A stretch of 64,000 nt of DNA. Origin: a virus. The notes below the pieces were generated by a model that was given only the letters and a program-made list of their open reading frames with translations, searched no databases and was not told the origin of the DNA. Position 1 is the stretch's first letter, and every line of letters begins with the position of its first letter. A program made the translations under genes and the position numbers. The stretch spans positions 1 through 64,000 of IMG/VR virus record IMGVR_UViG_3300028569_000031; one strand, given 5' to 3'. This document shows positions 1-7,907 of this stretch, piece by piece.

Positions 1-182
1 ATTCCTATATCAATTGACTTTAAATTAAATTGTTTGCCTTGTGAATTTGTTAACCTGGTGAGGGTAATAATACCTGCTTTCATTATGTGGCCACTTAGTT
101 TTCCAAGTGGTGTATTCACATTTAAAACAGTGAAGTCGTTTGGTGGACCAATAGGTGGAACTGGTGGCATTGGTTTGAACAT
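1..182 (-). CDS. hypothetical early protein, truncated by window edge
   Basis: ATG at 182, open to position 1 (MFKPMPPVPPIGPPNDF...); co-oriented with early cluster. Confidence 0.5.
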   Translation of the reverse strand, partial: MFKPMPPVPPIGPPNDFTVLNVNTPLGKLSGHIMKAGIITLTRLTNSQGKQFNLKSIDIG

Positions 183-191
183 GTTGATTCC

Positions 192-347
192 TTAGTTGTA
201 GATAAGTCTAAATTTATCTTTAGCTTGACTTACGATTTGTATAATCTCTTTCCAAGCAGGGTTTTGCGTATTGTAGGAAAGTTCCTTCCATTCGCCATCA
301 AGATAGATGGCAATTGTAACAAAACGTTCGGTTCCATTTCTTTTCAT
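192..347 (-). CDS. hypothetical early protein
   Basis: ORF 192..383; ATG at 347 just after the upstream stop is the likelier start. Confidence 0.55.
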   Translation of the reverse strand: MKRNGTERFVTIAIYLDGEWKELSYNTQNPAWKEIIQIVSQAKDKFRLIYN

Positions 348-351
348 TTGG

Positions 352-1065
352 TTAAGAACACTGTAGTACTGCTTGTTTAGCACGTATGCCGTGCGCTGGA
401 AATACTACCACAACAGTTCGGTCTGCTCTTGAGCAGAGTGGCTTTTTCCATCTACCTCCACAGGTTTGACATGTAATTTTAGATTTTGGTAAGGTTGCTG
501 GGCATTGAATAAAGGAAACTGCGTTGTGTATAAAAGCAGTTGGTAGTCCTTTTGGTTGTACAACTACGGTAGGCAGCCCTTCTTTGTAACGTTGTGCTGC
601 AACATCTAAAGATTCAGTGGATACGTTTACAACAAAACCTAATTCAATTGAATTAAAGATAATTTCTTTATTGATTGCGCCATTGATACCATCTAGATTA
701 TGGTGTGTATAAGTCCAGGCAGCAGATAAATGGGAAGTTGCCTTAGCTAACTTATAAAGATATTCCTGGTGAATAATATCTATAGCATCTGTCTCATGCC
801 ATAAATCACCAGCAATATTATGTCTGAATAGTTGGAAACGTGGTAACTTTTTAACTTTTTCAATAAATAAAACAGGTTCTAAGCCATGTGTACCTGCAGT
901 AACAGCGTCCCAATGCATTCGTGTGTAGTAACCTGCTTCTGCGTAACAGCCTCCTTCTTTACCTGCAAGTTTACAAGTAGATGGGCAAGATTCTCTTGAG
1001 GTAGTTGAAACAGCAATTCCACCTGTTTTTGAATTTTCAGATGGACAAGTTAATGAACTGTTCAT
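352..1065 (-). CDS. Cys-rich phage protein, Gp88-like (possible Fe-S binding)
   Basis: NSKTG, CPSTC...GCYA, FRHNIAGD, WTYTH, CPA...TCQTC...C...FPAHG motifs of this widespread phage family. Confidence 0.6.
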   Translation of the reverse strand: MNSSLTCPSENSKTGGIAVSTTSRESCPSTCKLAGKEGGCYAEAGYYTRMHWDAVTAGTHGLEPVLFIEKVKKLPRFQLFRHNIAGDLWHETDAIDIIHQEYLYKLAKATSHLSAAWTYTHHNLDGINGAINKEIIFNSIELGFVVNVSTESLDVAAQRYKEGLPTVVVQPKGLPTAFIHNAVSFIQCPATLPKSKITCQTCGGRWKKPLCSRADRTVVVVFPAHGIRAKQAVLQCS

Positions 1066-1295
1066 GAGTACAAAACTACATAAGGTAGGATTTCTTCAAT
1101 AGTATGTACATTGGATTCTTGTCTTTCGTTTGCATCAGACAGGTCAATATCAGAGAAGTCTTCTGTTTGATCTTCAACAACTTCAAATCCGTTTTCTTCA
1201 AGTTGATCTACAGCTTCATCCCAAGAATTGGCTGATAGATAAATCCAAGAAACTCTCAATGTTTGATCAGATACTAAGGCAACGTAGTTGTTCAT
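1062..1295 (-). CDS. acidic hypothetical early protein
   Basis: ORF track; ATG 1295 coupled to upstream TAA, ATGA overlap with next gene. Confidence 0.6.
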   Translation of the reverse strand: MNNYVALVSDQTLRVSWIYLSANSWDEAVDQLEENGFEVVEDQTEDFSDIDLSDANERQESNVHTIEEILPYVVLYS

Positions 1296-1618
1296 TAGGA
1301 GTGAAGTGCTAAGTGCTGTTTCCATGCAGAGGAATGCATTTCATCTGCTGTTATACTTGGTTCGCTGTTAGTCATGTCGTCTGTTGGGTCATATTCAGTA
1401 ATGTATTCAAGTTCTTCAATTGCACTTAATATTTTTTCATCTGACCCGATTGGCAAATTGCAATCCATCATATGAAGTTTATCTTCTTCTTTAATAATAT
1501 TTCTCAATGCTTTTATAATTAAGTCAAGTTTTCTCATCGGATTCATTTTGAATGTATGAACTTTTCCGGTGATTGAAGTAAATTCTGTATCTTCAAAGTG
1601 AATTTCAGTTTGCCTCAT
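1295..1618 (-). CDS. hypothetical early protein
   Basis: 107 aa ORF translationally coupled at both ends. Confidence 0.65.
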   Translation of the reverse strand: MRQTEIHFEDTEFTSITGKVHTFKMNPMRKLDLIIKALRNIIKEEDKLHMMDCNLPIGSDEKILSAIEELEYITEYDPTDDMTNSEPSITADEMHSSAWKQHLALHS

Positions 1619-1809
1619 TGCTGTTCCTCTGTTGTGGTGTAGAATTTGCTCTGTGGACCATATTCAGAAAGGATTTTAGGGAAGGCAAGGAATATACGTT
1701 CTCTGTTCTCATTGTCCGCATAACGTATTGTTGTAGCTAACGATTGAAAAAAGCGCCCTCCATATCGGAGCATTGCTTCTGTTGTGGCGTGAACTTCAGT
1801 TGAATTCAT
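1615..1809 (-). CDS. hypothetical early protein
   Basis: 64 aa; YGGRFF...AD..N..RI..AFP pattern of small phage proteins. Confidence 0.65.
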   Translation of the reverse strand: MNSTEVHATTEAMLRYGGRFFQSLATTIRYADNENRERIFLAFPKILSEYGPQSKFYTTTEEQQ

Positions 1810-1956
1810 GGTGCAGGAGTGAAGGAACTAGAAAATTTTAAGGTCGTATCCAGGACCGGAGTGCTATTTTAAAACGTAGTCATGCAAAACACAACTACGT
1901 TCACAAATTTTAAAGTAACCTAAAAGTTGTTATATTAACCAGATCAAGTAGTGCTG

Positions 1957-2160
1957 TCAACGGATTTGAGAGATTTTGTCTGATAATTTTGAAACTTCTT
2001 CTGCATTAAAATGTGCTTGAAGAGATTCAAGTAACTCGACATTTATATTTGTAGTAAGTTCTTCATGTTTACTTTTTAGTAATACCTCAAGAATGTCTAA
2101 TGCATTGATGATTGTTTTCCACTCTTTAAGGTGGACAATCATGTGTTTTCCTATTAACAT
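1957..2160 (-). CDS. hypothetical early protein
   Basis: 67 aa ORF in tight operon. Confidence 0.55.
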   Translation of the reverse strand: MLIGKHMIVHLKEWKTIINALDILEVLLKSKHEELTTNINVELLESLQAHFNAEEVSKLSDKISQIR

Positions 2161-2276
2161 TGTGTTACCTCTGAATTGTTTGTGTTAGTTGCTCCAAATT
2201 CTTCTACTAATTCTTCTAATATCTCAGGGGCAATAAATGTTGCTGTTAGTTCATCAATGCAGGTTTGTTTGTTCAC
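2154..2276 (-). CDS. 40-aa ORF, partial paralogue of 2760..2966
   Basis: GTG overlaps upstream TGA; IAPEILEELVEEFGAT vs IAPRILAEVIEEFGAT. Confidence 0.45.
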   Translation of the reverse strand: MNKQTCIDELTATFIAPEILEELVEEFGATNTNNSEVTQC

Positions 2277-2497
2277 TTAACTTCCTCATATTCAATAGAA
2301 TTAATACACCGACCAGAGGCATCACTAATTTGCTCTAAAAGATCATCGTGATCATCTGCATCCCATGATGTTTTGGTATATACTCTTTGCAGTTGACCTT
2401 GTAGCATTTCAGTGTCAATGTACTCACCAAATAATTGATCAAAGTCATGACAATTTTCAGTGAGATCAAATTCAATATCAGTGATTTGGAATTTCAT
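2273..2497 (-). CDS. acidic hypothetical early protein
   Basis: 74 aa ORF, coupled by 4-nt overlaps. Confidence 0.65.
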   Translation of the reverse strand: MKFQITDIEFDLTENCHDFDQLFGEYIDTEMLQGQLQRVYTKTSWDADDHDDLLEQISDASGRCINSIEYEEVK

Positions 2498-2763
2498 TTT
2501 GAGAGTTTCAGTTTGAGTGATTTAAGTGCTTGTTTACGTGCTACAATCTGACCCTTACACATACCCTTGGTTCGTTGAGAGTTGTAGAGAACATTATTCA
2601 TTTTGGGTAGTGAGACTTCAGTACCATCAGGAACTGAATTTAGCAGTCGATTGAGTAACCTTGTTCTATTAGAATTCTTTGATAGATCTAACTGAGTGTG
2701 AATGGGGATCTCTTCTGAAACACTATTCTCATAAGAGAATTTAACGTAAATGGTTTGTGTCAT
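2494..2763 (-). CDS. hypothetical early protein
   Basis: 89 aa ORF, ATGA coupling at both ends. Confidence 0.6.
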   Translation of the reverse strand: MTQTIYVKFSYENSVSEEIPIHTQLDLSKNSNRTRLLNRLLNSVPDGTEVSLPKMNNVLYNSQRTKGMCKGQIVARKQALKSLKLKLSK

Positions 2764-2966
2764 TTAGTTGCTCCAAATTCTTCTATTACTTCTGCTAATA
2801 TCCGAGGAGCAATATTGTCAACTTCAGCAACTAATTCTTCCATGGTGTAGTTTGCAAAATGTTCTTGAAGATCATTACAGGCATACGCCATAAGATCTGA
2901 AAGCTCCATATTTTCTACCAAAGCAGTAACATAAGCATCAACAAGTTGTTTTTTAGTGAATGTCAT
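2760..2966 (-). CDS. acidic hypothetical early protein
   Basis: ORF 2760..2993; ATG 2966 directly after upstream stop. Confidence 0.6.
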   Translation of the reverse strand: MTFTKKQLVDAYVTALVENMELSDLMAYACNDLQEHFANYTMEELVAEVDNIAPRILAEVIEEFGATK

Positions 2967-2970
2967 TTTG

Positions 2971-3159
2971 TTAGGTAGAAAAAAATTTGGCAAAGTTGTC
3001 TACTACTATCTGGCACATCTTATCGTTTAATTCTTGATCATCACTATCAATGAGAGTGAGAAGATCCTGCTGAATTTGTTCTCTGGTTTGAAGTAAATGC
3101 CCTTCCAATAACTCAGCGCAGATTTGTTGAGTTGATGTCATTTTGTTGTGAAGTTCCAT
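2971..3159 (-). CDS. hypothetical early protein
   Basis: 62 aa ORF. Confidence 0.55.
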   Translation of the reverse strand: MELHNKMTSTQQICAELLEGHLLQTREQIQQDLLTLIDSDDQELNDKMCQIVVDNFAKFFST

Positions 3160-3193
3160 TGTGATTAGATGTTTGGGTTAAGGTGGGTATATC

Positions 3194-3478
3194 TTAATAA
3201 ATATCGTTTGTACTTTCCTCAATTTCATCTTCTATAAGAGTCCATTCAAGTTTTTCTAAGTTTACATATTTTTCTATAACTGGAATTTGTTCAATTAAGC
3301 TCATTTGATTTAACGGTAACCATGCCGGTATATCCGATATATCTACATCGGTTGTACATAAACCTGGTTTGTATTCAGCTGGGGTGACCTGAGTTCTGTG
3401 TTGGACTAGAATCATGTTATCTATGTAAGCATAAATAACTGCTAGATCATTTTGAACGTGAATTTCTTGAATGTCCAT
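3194..3478 (-). CDS. hypothetical early protein
   Basis: ORF 3194..3571; ATG 3478 avoids overlap with the DUF2958 gene. Confidence 0.6.
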   Translation of the reverse strand: MDIQEIHVQNDLAVIYAYIDNMILVQHRTQVTPAEYKPGLCTTDVDISDIPAWLPLNQMSLIEQIPVIEKYVNLEKLEWTLIEDEIEESTNDIY

Positions 3479-3515
3479 GGTGTGAGGTAAATTTGAATTG
3501 AGTACAGTTGTTAAT

Positions 3516-3815
3516 TTAATTTTGTAATAATTTACATAATGGAGTAGGTTCAAATGCAATGTCGCGTTCAACTTTTAATCCACCTGGACCTACTATGCTT
3601 TCTAGTTCACTTAAACTAAAGTAACCTAGTTCACGTTCAAAACCATCTACAAGACCGAAACATTCTTGAGTTTTTAGATTGATTTCAGTTACATACCAAG
3701 TCCAAGATGACCAGGGCGTAAATAATTTTAAGTATGCAATGGCATCATTACCCTTACCATCTTGTGCATATAAAGGAGGAATCTTTTTTGAGATTGTTTT
3801 AGTTAATAGTTTCAT
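3516..3815 (-). CDS. DUF2958 domain protein
   Basis: KLFTPWSSWTWYVTE...FGLVDGFERELGYFSLSEL...ERD signature. Confidence 0.85.
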   Translation of the reverse strand: MKLLTKTISKKIPPLYAQDGKGNDAIAYLKLFTPWSSWTWYVTEINLKTQECFGLVDGFERELGYFSLSELESIVGPGGLKVERDIAFEPTPLCKLLQN

Positions 3816-3816
3816 T

Positions 3817-4173
3817 TCAAATTAAACCAAGTAATGATAACCAGCTATCTGGATGGTCCGGTTCTAGTTCATCGTCTGCTGGAGTGAAGCAGACGCTATC
3901 AAAGACCCATTCTTCAATGTCTTCAAGGTTGGGGATGTCGTACCAACCTTCGAGGTCTCTCTTTTCCTCTTTGGTATAGTTGGCTCCTTTTGGAACCCAG
4001 TAGTAGCGGAGGACACCTTGTTTGCTTTTGTAGATGTCACCGGCTTTATTTCCACCTGGGGTTTCAATAGAACAGGTGGGTTCAACGTCGTATTGGGTAA
4101 GACCTTCTTCTTTTGAGACGGGATCGTAGTCGAGGATTTTAGCAATGATTTGTTGTTCTGGTAAGAGTGCCAT
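3817..4173 (-). CDS. hypothetical early protein
   Basis: 118 aa; C-terminal EEWVFDSVC.TP.....EPDHPDSWL.LLGLI. Confidence 0.7.
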   Translation of the reverse strand: MALLPEQQIIAKILDYDPVSKEEGLTQYDVEPTCSIETPGGNKAGDIYKSKQGVLRYYWVPKGANYTKEEKRDLEGWYDIPNLEDIEEWVFDSVCFTPADDELEPDHPDSWLSLLGLI

Positions 4174-4262
4174 AGGATTGGAAAAACGATTGTAAGTAAA
4201 GAGAAGATTAGAGCAATGATGATTGTAATTACATCATCATTATGATTCTGTTGTTTAATCAT
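3864..4262 (-). CDS. membrane-anchored protein overlapping 3817..4173 in another frame
   Basis: N-terminal TM helix VITIIIALIFSLLTIVFPILW; start coupled to upstream stop (ATGATTAA). Confidence 0.5.
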   Translation of the reverse strand: MIKQQNHNDDVITIIIALIFSLLTIVFPILWHSYQNNKSLLKSSTTIPSQKKKVLPNTTLNPPVLLKPQVEIKPVTSTKANKVSSATTGFQKEPTIPKRKRETSKVGTTSPTLKTLKNGSLIASASLQQTMN

Positions 4263-4416
4263 AATTTGGTGGTGGAGGAAAGTTAGTAGTTGGAAACTTG
4301 TCTATGCCATCCCATTCATTCTGTTCTGATTCACGCATTGCTAACTCTTGTTCGTCTGCAATGTCTGCTAGTGCATCAAGCATGTCGGCAGTGTAAGGCT
4401 GATCAAATGAGTTCAT
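4255..4416 (-). CDS. 53-aa acidic protein (below ORF-track cutoff)
   Basis: MNSFDQPYTADMLDALADIADEQELAMRE...; fills the gap between neighbours. Confidence 0.55.
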   Translation of the reverse strand: MNSFDQPYTADMLDALADIADEQELAMRESEQNEWDGIDKFPTTNFPPPPNYD

Positions 4417-4427
4417 TTGTACTGTAG

Positions 4428-4640
4428 TCAGGAGGATACAATGCTAAAGAAACCAACAGTATTACCGTTAATATCTTTTAATTTTAAAGAATCAGAAGCA
4501 AGAGAGAGGTGTTCTGGATGGCTACTTAATTTATCTGATAGCTCATCTAGAATTCGCGTTACTTCATTAGCTTGGTCTTGGTAGGTAATGCCGAAAGCAT
4601 CATTATCTACAGCGATAGAAATTTCTATGCAGTGATCCAT
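4428..4640 (-). CDS. hypothetical early protein
   Basis: DNDAF...EV.RIL...L.DINGN.VG pattern of small phage proteins. Confidence 0.65.
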   Translation of the reverse strand: MDHCIEISIAVDNDAFGITYQDQANEVTRILDELSDKLSSHPEHLSLASDSLKLKDINGNTVGFFSIVSS

Positions 4641-4649
4641 GGTTGTTTG

Positions 4650-4874
4650 TTATTGGGGCAAGGTTAAATTGGTAGGTCCTTCTAATACTTTTCTTGACAC
4701 ACAGAATTTAGAAGTACCGGTAATATGCTCAACAGTAATAATTCTGTTAAGCAAGACGTTGCAATACTTGTTGACGTTTTGATTTACTATATATTGAAGT
4801 CCATTAAACAAAACAAAAGCAATTGCAAAACCAGATACTATCAAAGATAGTTCTGAGTAGGGTTGACACTTCAT
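4650..4874 (-). CDS. small membrane protein with two Cys (paralogue of 7363..7557)
   Basis: TM helix then C...TG....C. Confidence 0.6.
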   Translation of the reverse strand: MKCQPYSELSLIVSGFAIAFVLFNGLQYIVNQNVNKYCNVLLNRIITVEHITGTSKFCVSRKVLEGPTNLTLPQ

Positions 4875-4897
4875 TTGAGTTATGCGGTGTGAATTTA

Positions 4898-5215
4898 TTA
4901 GAAAAATTCTGAATCATTACTAGTTAATATAAAGGCTAATTTAAACATTTCTGGTAATTCGTCGAGTTTAAGGTATCTTGTAGCAACAATACCTCCTGAT
5001 GCGCACGTATATTTTTGTTCTGAATTATTTTTCATTGTTTGCATTAACAGATAACTGGCTTTAGCTTTTAATTCAGATATAGAAGGAACTTTTAATACAT
5101 TATGTTCATCTACCCAAACCCAATCAAGGGTTGTCATAGCCAAATGAACTTTTTCAAAATTAAAGTTGTTGATGACATAATCCATCTTAGTGCTTTGCTC
5201 AACAGTGATTTCCAT
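4898..5215 (-). CDS. hypothetical early protein
   Basis: 105 aa; FNFEKVH..M..LDW.W...VP...EL motif. Confidence 0.65.
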   Translation of the reverse strand: MEITVEQSTKMDYVINNFNFEKVHLAMTTLDWVWVDEHNVLKVPSISELKAKASYLLMQTMKNNSEQKYTCASGGIVATRYLKLDELPEMFKLAFILTSNDSEFF

Positions 5216-5241
5216 TGTGTGTGGTTGTGGTGGGATAGGTT

Positions 5242-5276
5242 AAAAAAGGCATAGATTTATTAAGTCGTATGCCTTT
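5242..5276 (-). terminator. intrinsic terminator
   Basis: minus strand AAAGGCATACGACTTAATAAATCTATGCC-TTTTTT, stem-loop plus U tract after 5318..5551. Confidence 0.55.
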
Positions 5277-5317
5277 ATGAGGATTTTTAGTCAACAGTTA
5301 ACGGTACCGATGTTGAA

Positions 5318-5551
5318 TCAAGACACCGCTAACGGCTTCCATGATAGATCAAGATCACGTTTTTGGCGATAACCCTGACCGATGAGAAGGTTGACGCTTT
5401 TGCGAATGACATCGATTGGTGCTTCAAACTTAATGTATTGAGAACGTTTCTCAAGAACGTTTACTCTTAACATTTCTGCGAAGTCACCACGGATGGTGAT
5501 TAAGTAACCGTCGTCATTCTTTTGATAGAGGAAAGAATAATCTTGGCGCAT
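5318..5551 (-). CDS. hypothetical early protein
   Basis: 77 aa ORF preceded by TCCTTTGCAC motif. Confidence 0.65.
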   Translation of the reverse strand: MRQDYSFLYQKNDDGYLITIRGDFAEMLRVNVLEKRSQYIKFEAPIDVIRKSVNLLIGQGYRQKRDLDLSWKPLAVS

Positions 5552-5575
5552 GATTTTTGGTGCAAAGGATTGGAA

Positions 5576-5600
5576 CGAAGCAAGTTTAAATACAAACTTG
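5576..5600 (-). promoter_or_regulatory. repeated early leader hairpin (stem-TGTATT loop-stem-GCTTCG)
   Basis: copies at 5576, 6971, 7956 and 8585 with different, complementary stems. Confidence 0.55.
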
Positions 5601-5654
5601 ATTCACAAAACAAAAAGATGTTTAAGCGAAGCAAGTTATTTGGTTTGATATTTA

Positions 5655-5900
5655 TTAAGAAGGGTTAACTGTTTTGGGTTGATCATCACTGCAGTATTTA
5701 GCAATTTCTTCTAGTACGGAAGGATCTACCAGATCGGTTAGATCACCATCATTTACATCTGGGGAGATTAGGTTAGCAAGTTTGCGTCTATTAGTTTTAA
5801 TAATTTGTTTGATGCTATCCTTCTGATTGTCGTTTAGTTTTGACCAGACGAGGAAAACGGATCCAGTGGTAATTAAGGAGGTTGAAAAGAAACGAAACAT
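5655..5900 (-). CDS. hypothetical protein with hydrophobic N-terminus
   Basis: 81 aa ORF. Confidence 0.6.
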   Translation of the reverse strand: MFRFFSTSLITTGSVFLVWSKLNDNQKDSIKQIIKTNRRKLANLISPDVNDGDLTDLVDPSVLEEIAKYCSDDQPKTVNPS

Positions 5901-5968
5901 TTGAATGGTGAAGAGGAAGAAATTTATTTATATGGAAATATAAAGAAAACCTTAAGACCATTTAATAC

Positions 5969-6196
5969 TTATCTAGTTACGTTTATTCCGTTTAATGTCA
6001 TGTTTACACTATTTACCCATAGTTTTGCTGTCTTATATTCGTTACTAAATCTATTCAAATCATCTAAAGCTTCCAGTGCTCTAAGTCGAGCAGAGTTAGC
6101 CAATGCAATTCGATCAAGCAATGACAAATACAAGTTGCTTTCTGGACTAGACATTAGATAAATGCAATTGGATTTTAAAGTTAACGTGGTTCTCAA
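5969..6196 (-). CDS. hypothetical early protein (start may be ATG 6154)
   Basis: ORF track. Confidence 0.5.
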   Translation of the reverse strand: MRTTLTLKSNCIYLMSSPESNLYLSLLDRIALANSARLRALEALDDLNRFSNEYKTAKLWVNSVNMTLNGINVTR

Positions 6197-6202
6197 ATGA
6201 GG

Positions 6203-6240
6203 ACCACAGAAAAGGGATCCGTAGATCCCCTAAGTGTGAC
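6203..6240 (-). promoter_or_regulatory. hairpin with CUUA/UUUC internal loop (putative processing site)
   Basis: same architecture at 7324-7359 with a fully different upper stem. Confidence 0.5.
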
Positions 6241-6242
6241 CG

Positions 6243-6653
6243 TCAAATAGAAGCCAGTAAGAGTTCGTCTTCCTGGAGGCTAAGTTGATCGCTAGTTGGT
6301 TTGTTAGTACCAGCTGCTTCTTCAGCTCTCTTGGCAGTACTGATTTTACCAAGGCGGATTGTAGTAATAGAAGTTACCACAATTTCCATACGGCTCAAGT
6401 ACTTACCTTCTTTATCTTGCCAAGTTGTATAACGCAGTCGGTAGGTTAAACCAACTGTGTCGCCTTGGTTGTATTTATCGGCGATATTCTTTCCTACACC
6501 GTTGTAAGCAGTGAGAGGAATAGCAGAATCGCCATCACGTGCATCAACTGGAGCAACACGGAATTGTGTTACATCTAGCTGATCATTTGGTTGACGGTAG
6601 TTGATTTCGGATACGATTGTACCGATCAAATTACCGTTGTTAGCAGAAGACAT
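6243..6653 (-). CDS. ssb: single-stranded DNA-binding protein
   Basis: OB-fold SSB pattern N...LIG.I...V.QFRVA...GD.V...RLR...WQDKEG...SRMEIVV; lacks the usual IPF tail. Confidence 0.8.
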   Translation of the reverse strand: MSSANNGNLIGTIVSEINYRQPNDQLDVTQFRVAPVDARDGDSAIPLTAYNGVGKNIADKYNQGDTVGLTYRLRYTTWQDKEGKYLSRMEIVVTSITTIRLGKISTAKRAEEAAGTNKPTSDQLSLQEDELLLASI

Positions 6654-6660
6654 GGTTGTT

Positions 6661-6705
6661 GTGCAAAGGAATAGTGCAGCATCCTGTCCCAGGCTGCAGT
6701 TGGGA
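6661..6705 (-). ncRNA. putative H-type pseudoknot in ssb leader
   Basis: S1 UCCCA/UGGGA, S2 UGCAGC/GCUGCA; covarying copy at 7908-7951. Confidence 0.55.
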
Positions 6706-6726
6706 TAAACAGATAACTTTTAATCG

Positions 6727-6924
6727 TTAGCAGACAAAATCCTGATAACAATCACTAAGTACTGTTTGTAACTCTTTAACGCCAGTAGGCATCTCTTTTA
6801 AAGTAACTACATTTACCTGGCGCCACTCATTTCCTTGAAGGATTTCAAAGTGAACTTGTGTGGACTGACCGTTATACCAGGTAACACGATGAGTTGGAAA
6901 GCATTCGGGAGACCAGGAAAGCAT
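6727..6924 (-). CDS. hypothetical early protein
   Basis: ORF 6727..6978; ATG 6924 lies downstream of the leader hairpin. Confidence 0.55.
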   Translation of the reverse strand: MLSWSPECFPTHRVTWYNGQSTQVHFEILQGNEWRQVNVVTLKEMPTGVKELQTVLSDCYQDFVC

Positions 6925-7034
6925 ATTACTTTGAAATTGTGCGGTGCTTATCTCCGCTGGAGCCGACAATCGAAGCAAGTTAAATACATAACTTACTCAA
7001 TAAAACCAACAAAACATTAAAACGTAGTGTTGGT

Positions 7035-7069
7035 AATAGCTAAGGGAGGCATTACACCTCCCAGACCGT
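7035..7069 (-). promoter_or_regulatory. T-arm-like hairpin after stop codon
   Basis: GGGAGG-TGTAATG-CCTCCC-TTAGCTATT; second copy at 7604-7638. Confidence 0.45.
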
Positions 7070-7291
7070 TTAAACGGATTCAGCTTTAAATAGTTCAGCA
7101 ACTGCTCTCTTTACTCTGGGTCGCGTTGCAAGGTACGCAACACCTGCTATTACAGCAGCAATTGTTGCTTTGGCTACTAAATGTTTTGAATCCATATTGA
7201 ATTCAGCTTGTGAAACTGCTTGTGCGGTGGCTTCTGCTGCTGTTTCTGCAGCAAAGAAAGCGTCTTCTGGATAGATAGTAAACATGTTCAA
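7070..7291 (-). CDS. small membrane protein
   Basis: Ala-rich with TM segment ATIAAVIAGVAYLA. Confidence 0.6.
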   Translation of the reverse strand: MNMFTIYPEDAFFAAETAAEATAQAVSQAEFNMDSKHLVAKATIAAVIAGVAYLATRPRVKRAVAELFKAESV

Positions 7292-7362
7292 TTAGGTTGA
7301 ATAGGTTTGAATGCAGAAGAGTTCTGCAGAAATCCATCAGTAGTGATGGATAAGTGCAAAAA

Positions 7363-7557
7363 TCAGTTGTACTTCTTATTTATGCAATACAATCCATTTC
7401 CGGTAGGAGATTTGATGACAACCAAATGATGAGTTGATTTGGATGCGCAACTGTTTACTGCTAAATTGTTCAATGTTTTCTGAACTGGTATAGTAAGTAA
7501 CATTCCGGCGCCTATACCTATTGCAATGGCTGCAAAAGAATTTGTTAGTTCGTTCAT
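7363..7557 (-). CDS. small membrane protein with two Cys (paralogue of 4650..4874)
   Basis: TM helix then C...TG....C; ATG 7557. Confidence 0.6.
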   Translation of the reverse strand: MNELTNSFAAIAIGIGAGMLLTIPVQKTLNNLAVNSCASKSTHHLVVIKSPTGNGLYCINKKYN

Positions 7558-7642
7558 GATTAATAAAAATAAAGTGGATTGGTTTATGCCACTAAAGTGT
7601 GGCAATTGCTGAAGGAGGACTTAAACCTCCTTGCCGGTCTGA

Positions 7643-7900
7643 TTACCAGTCAGCTTCTAGCTCAAGCTGATGCTTAAGCCATTTGATCAGATCCTTGTTA
7701 TTGGAGATGATCTTGTTAGCAACCATAATGAAAGGTTGCATGTTATCTGTACCTAAGTCCAGAAATGCTTCAAAAGCATTTAAGAATTCAAGTCGAAATT
7801 GTTCCAGTTCACGATCAACCAAAGGTCGGTGTTCACTGGAATCTCTGCGTGCCAGGAGTCTTAAATCCTGGAGCATGTTATACACAGCGGTGGTGGACAT
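7643..7900 (-). CDS. hypothetical early protein
   Basis: ATG 7900 lies 7 nt after TCCTTTGCAC, as in ssb. Confidence 0.65.
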   Translation of the reverse strand: MSTTAVYNMLQDLRLLARRDSSEHRPLVDRELEQFRLEFLNAFEAFLDLGTDNMQPFIMVANKIISNNKDLIKWLKHQLELEADW

Positions 7901-7907
7901 AACTGTG

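Noticed and set aside
7035-7638. tRNA genes
   Set aside because: Only T-arm-like hairpins; no acceptor, D or anticodon arms.
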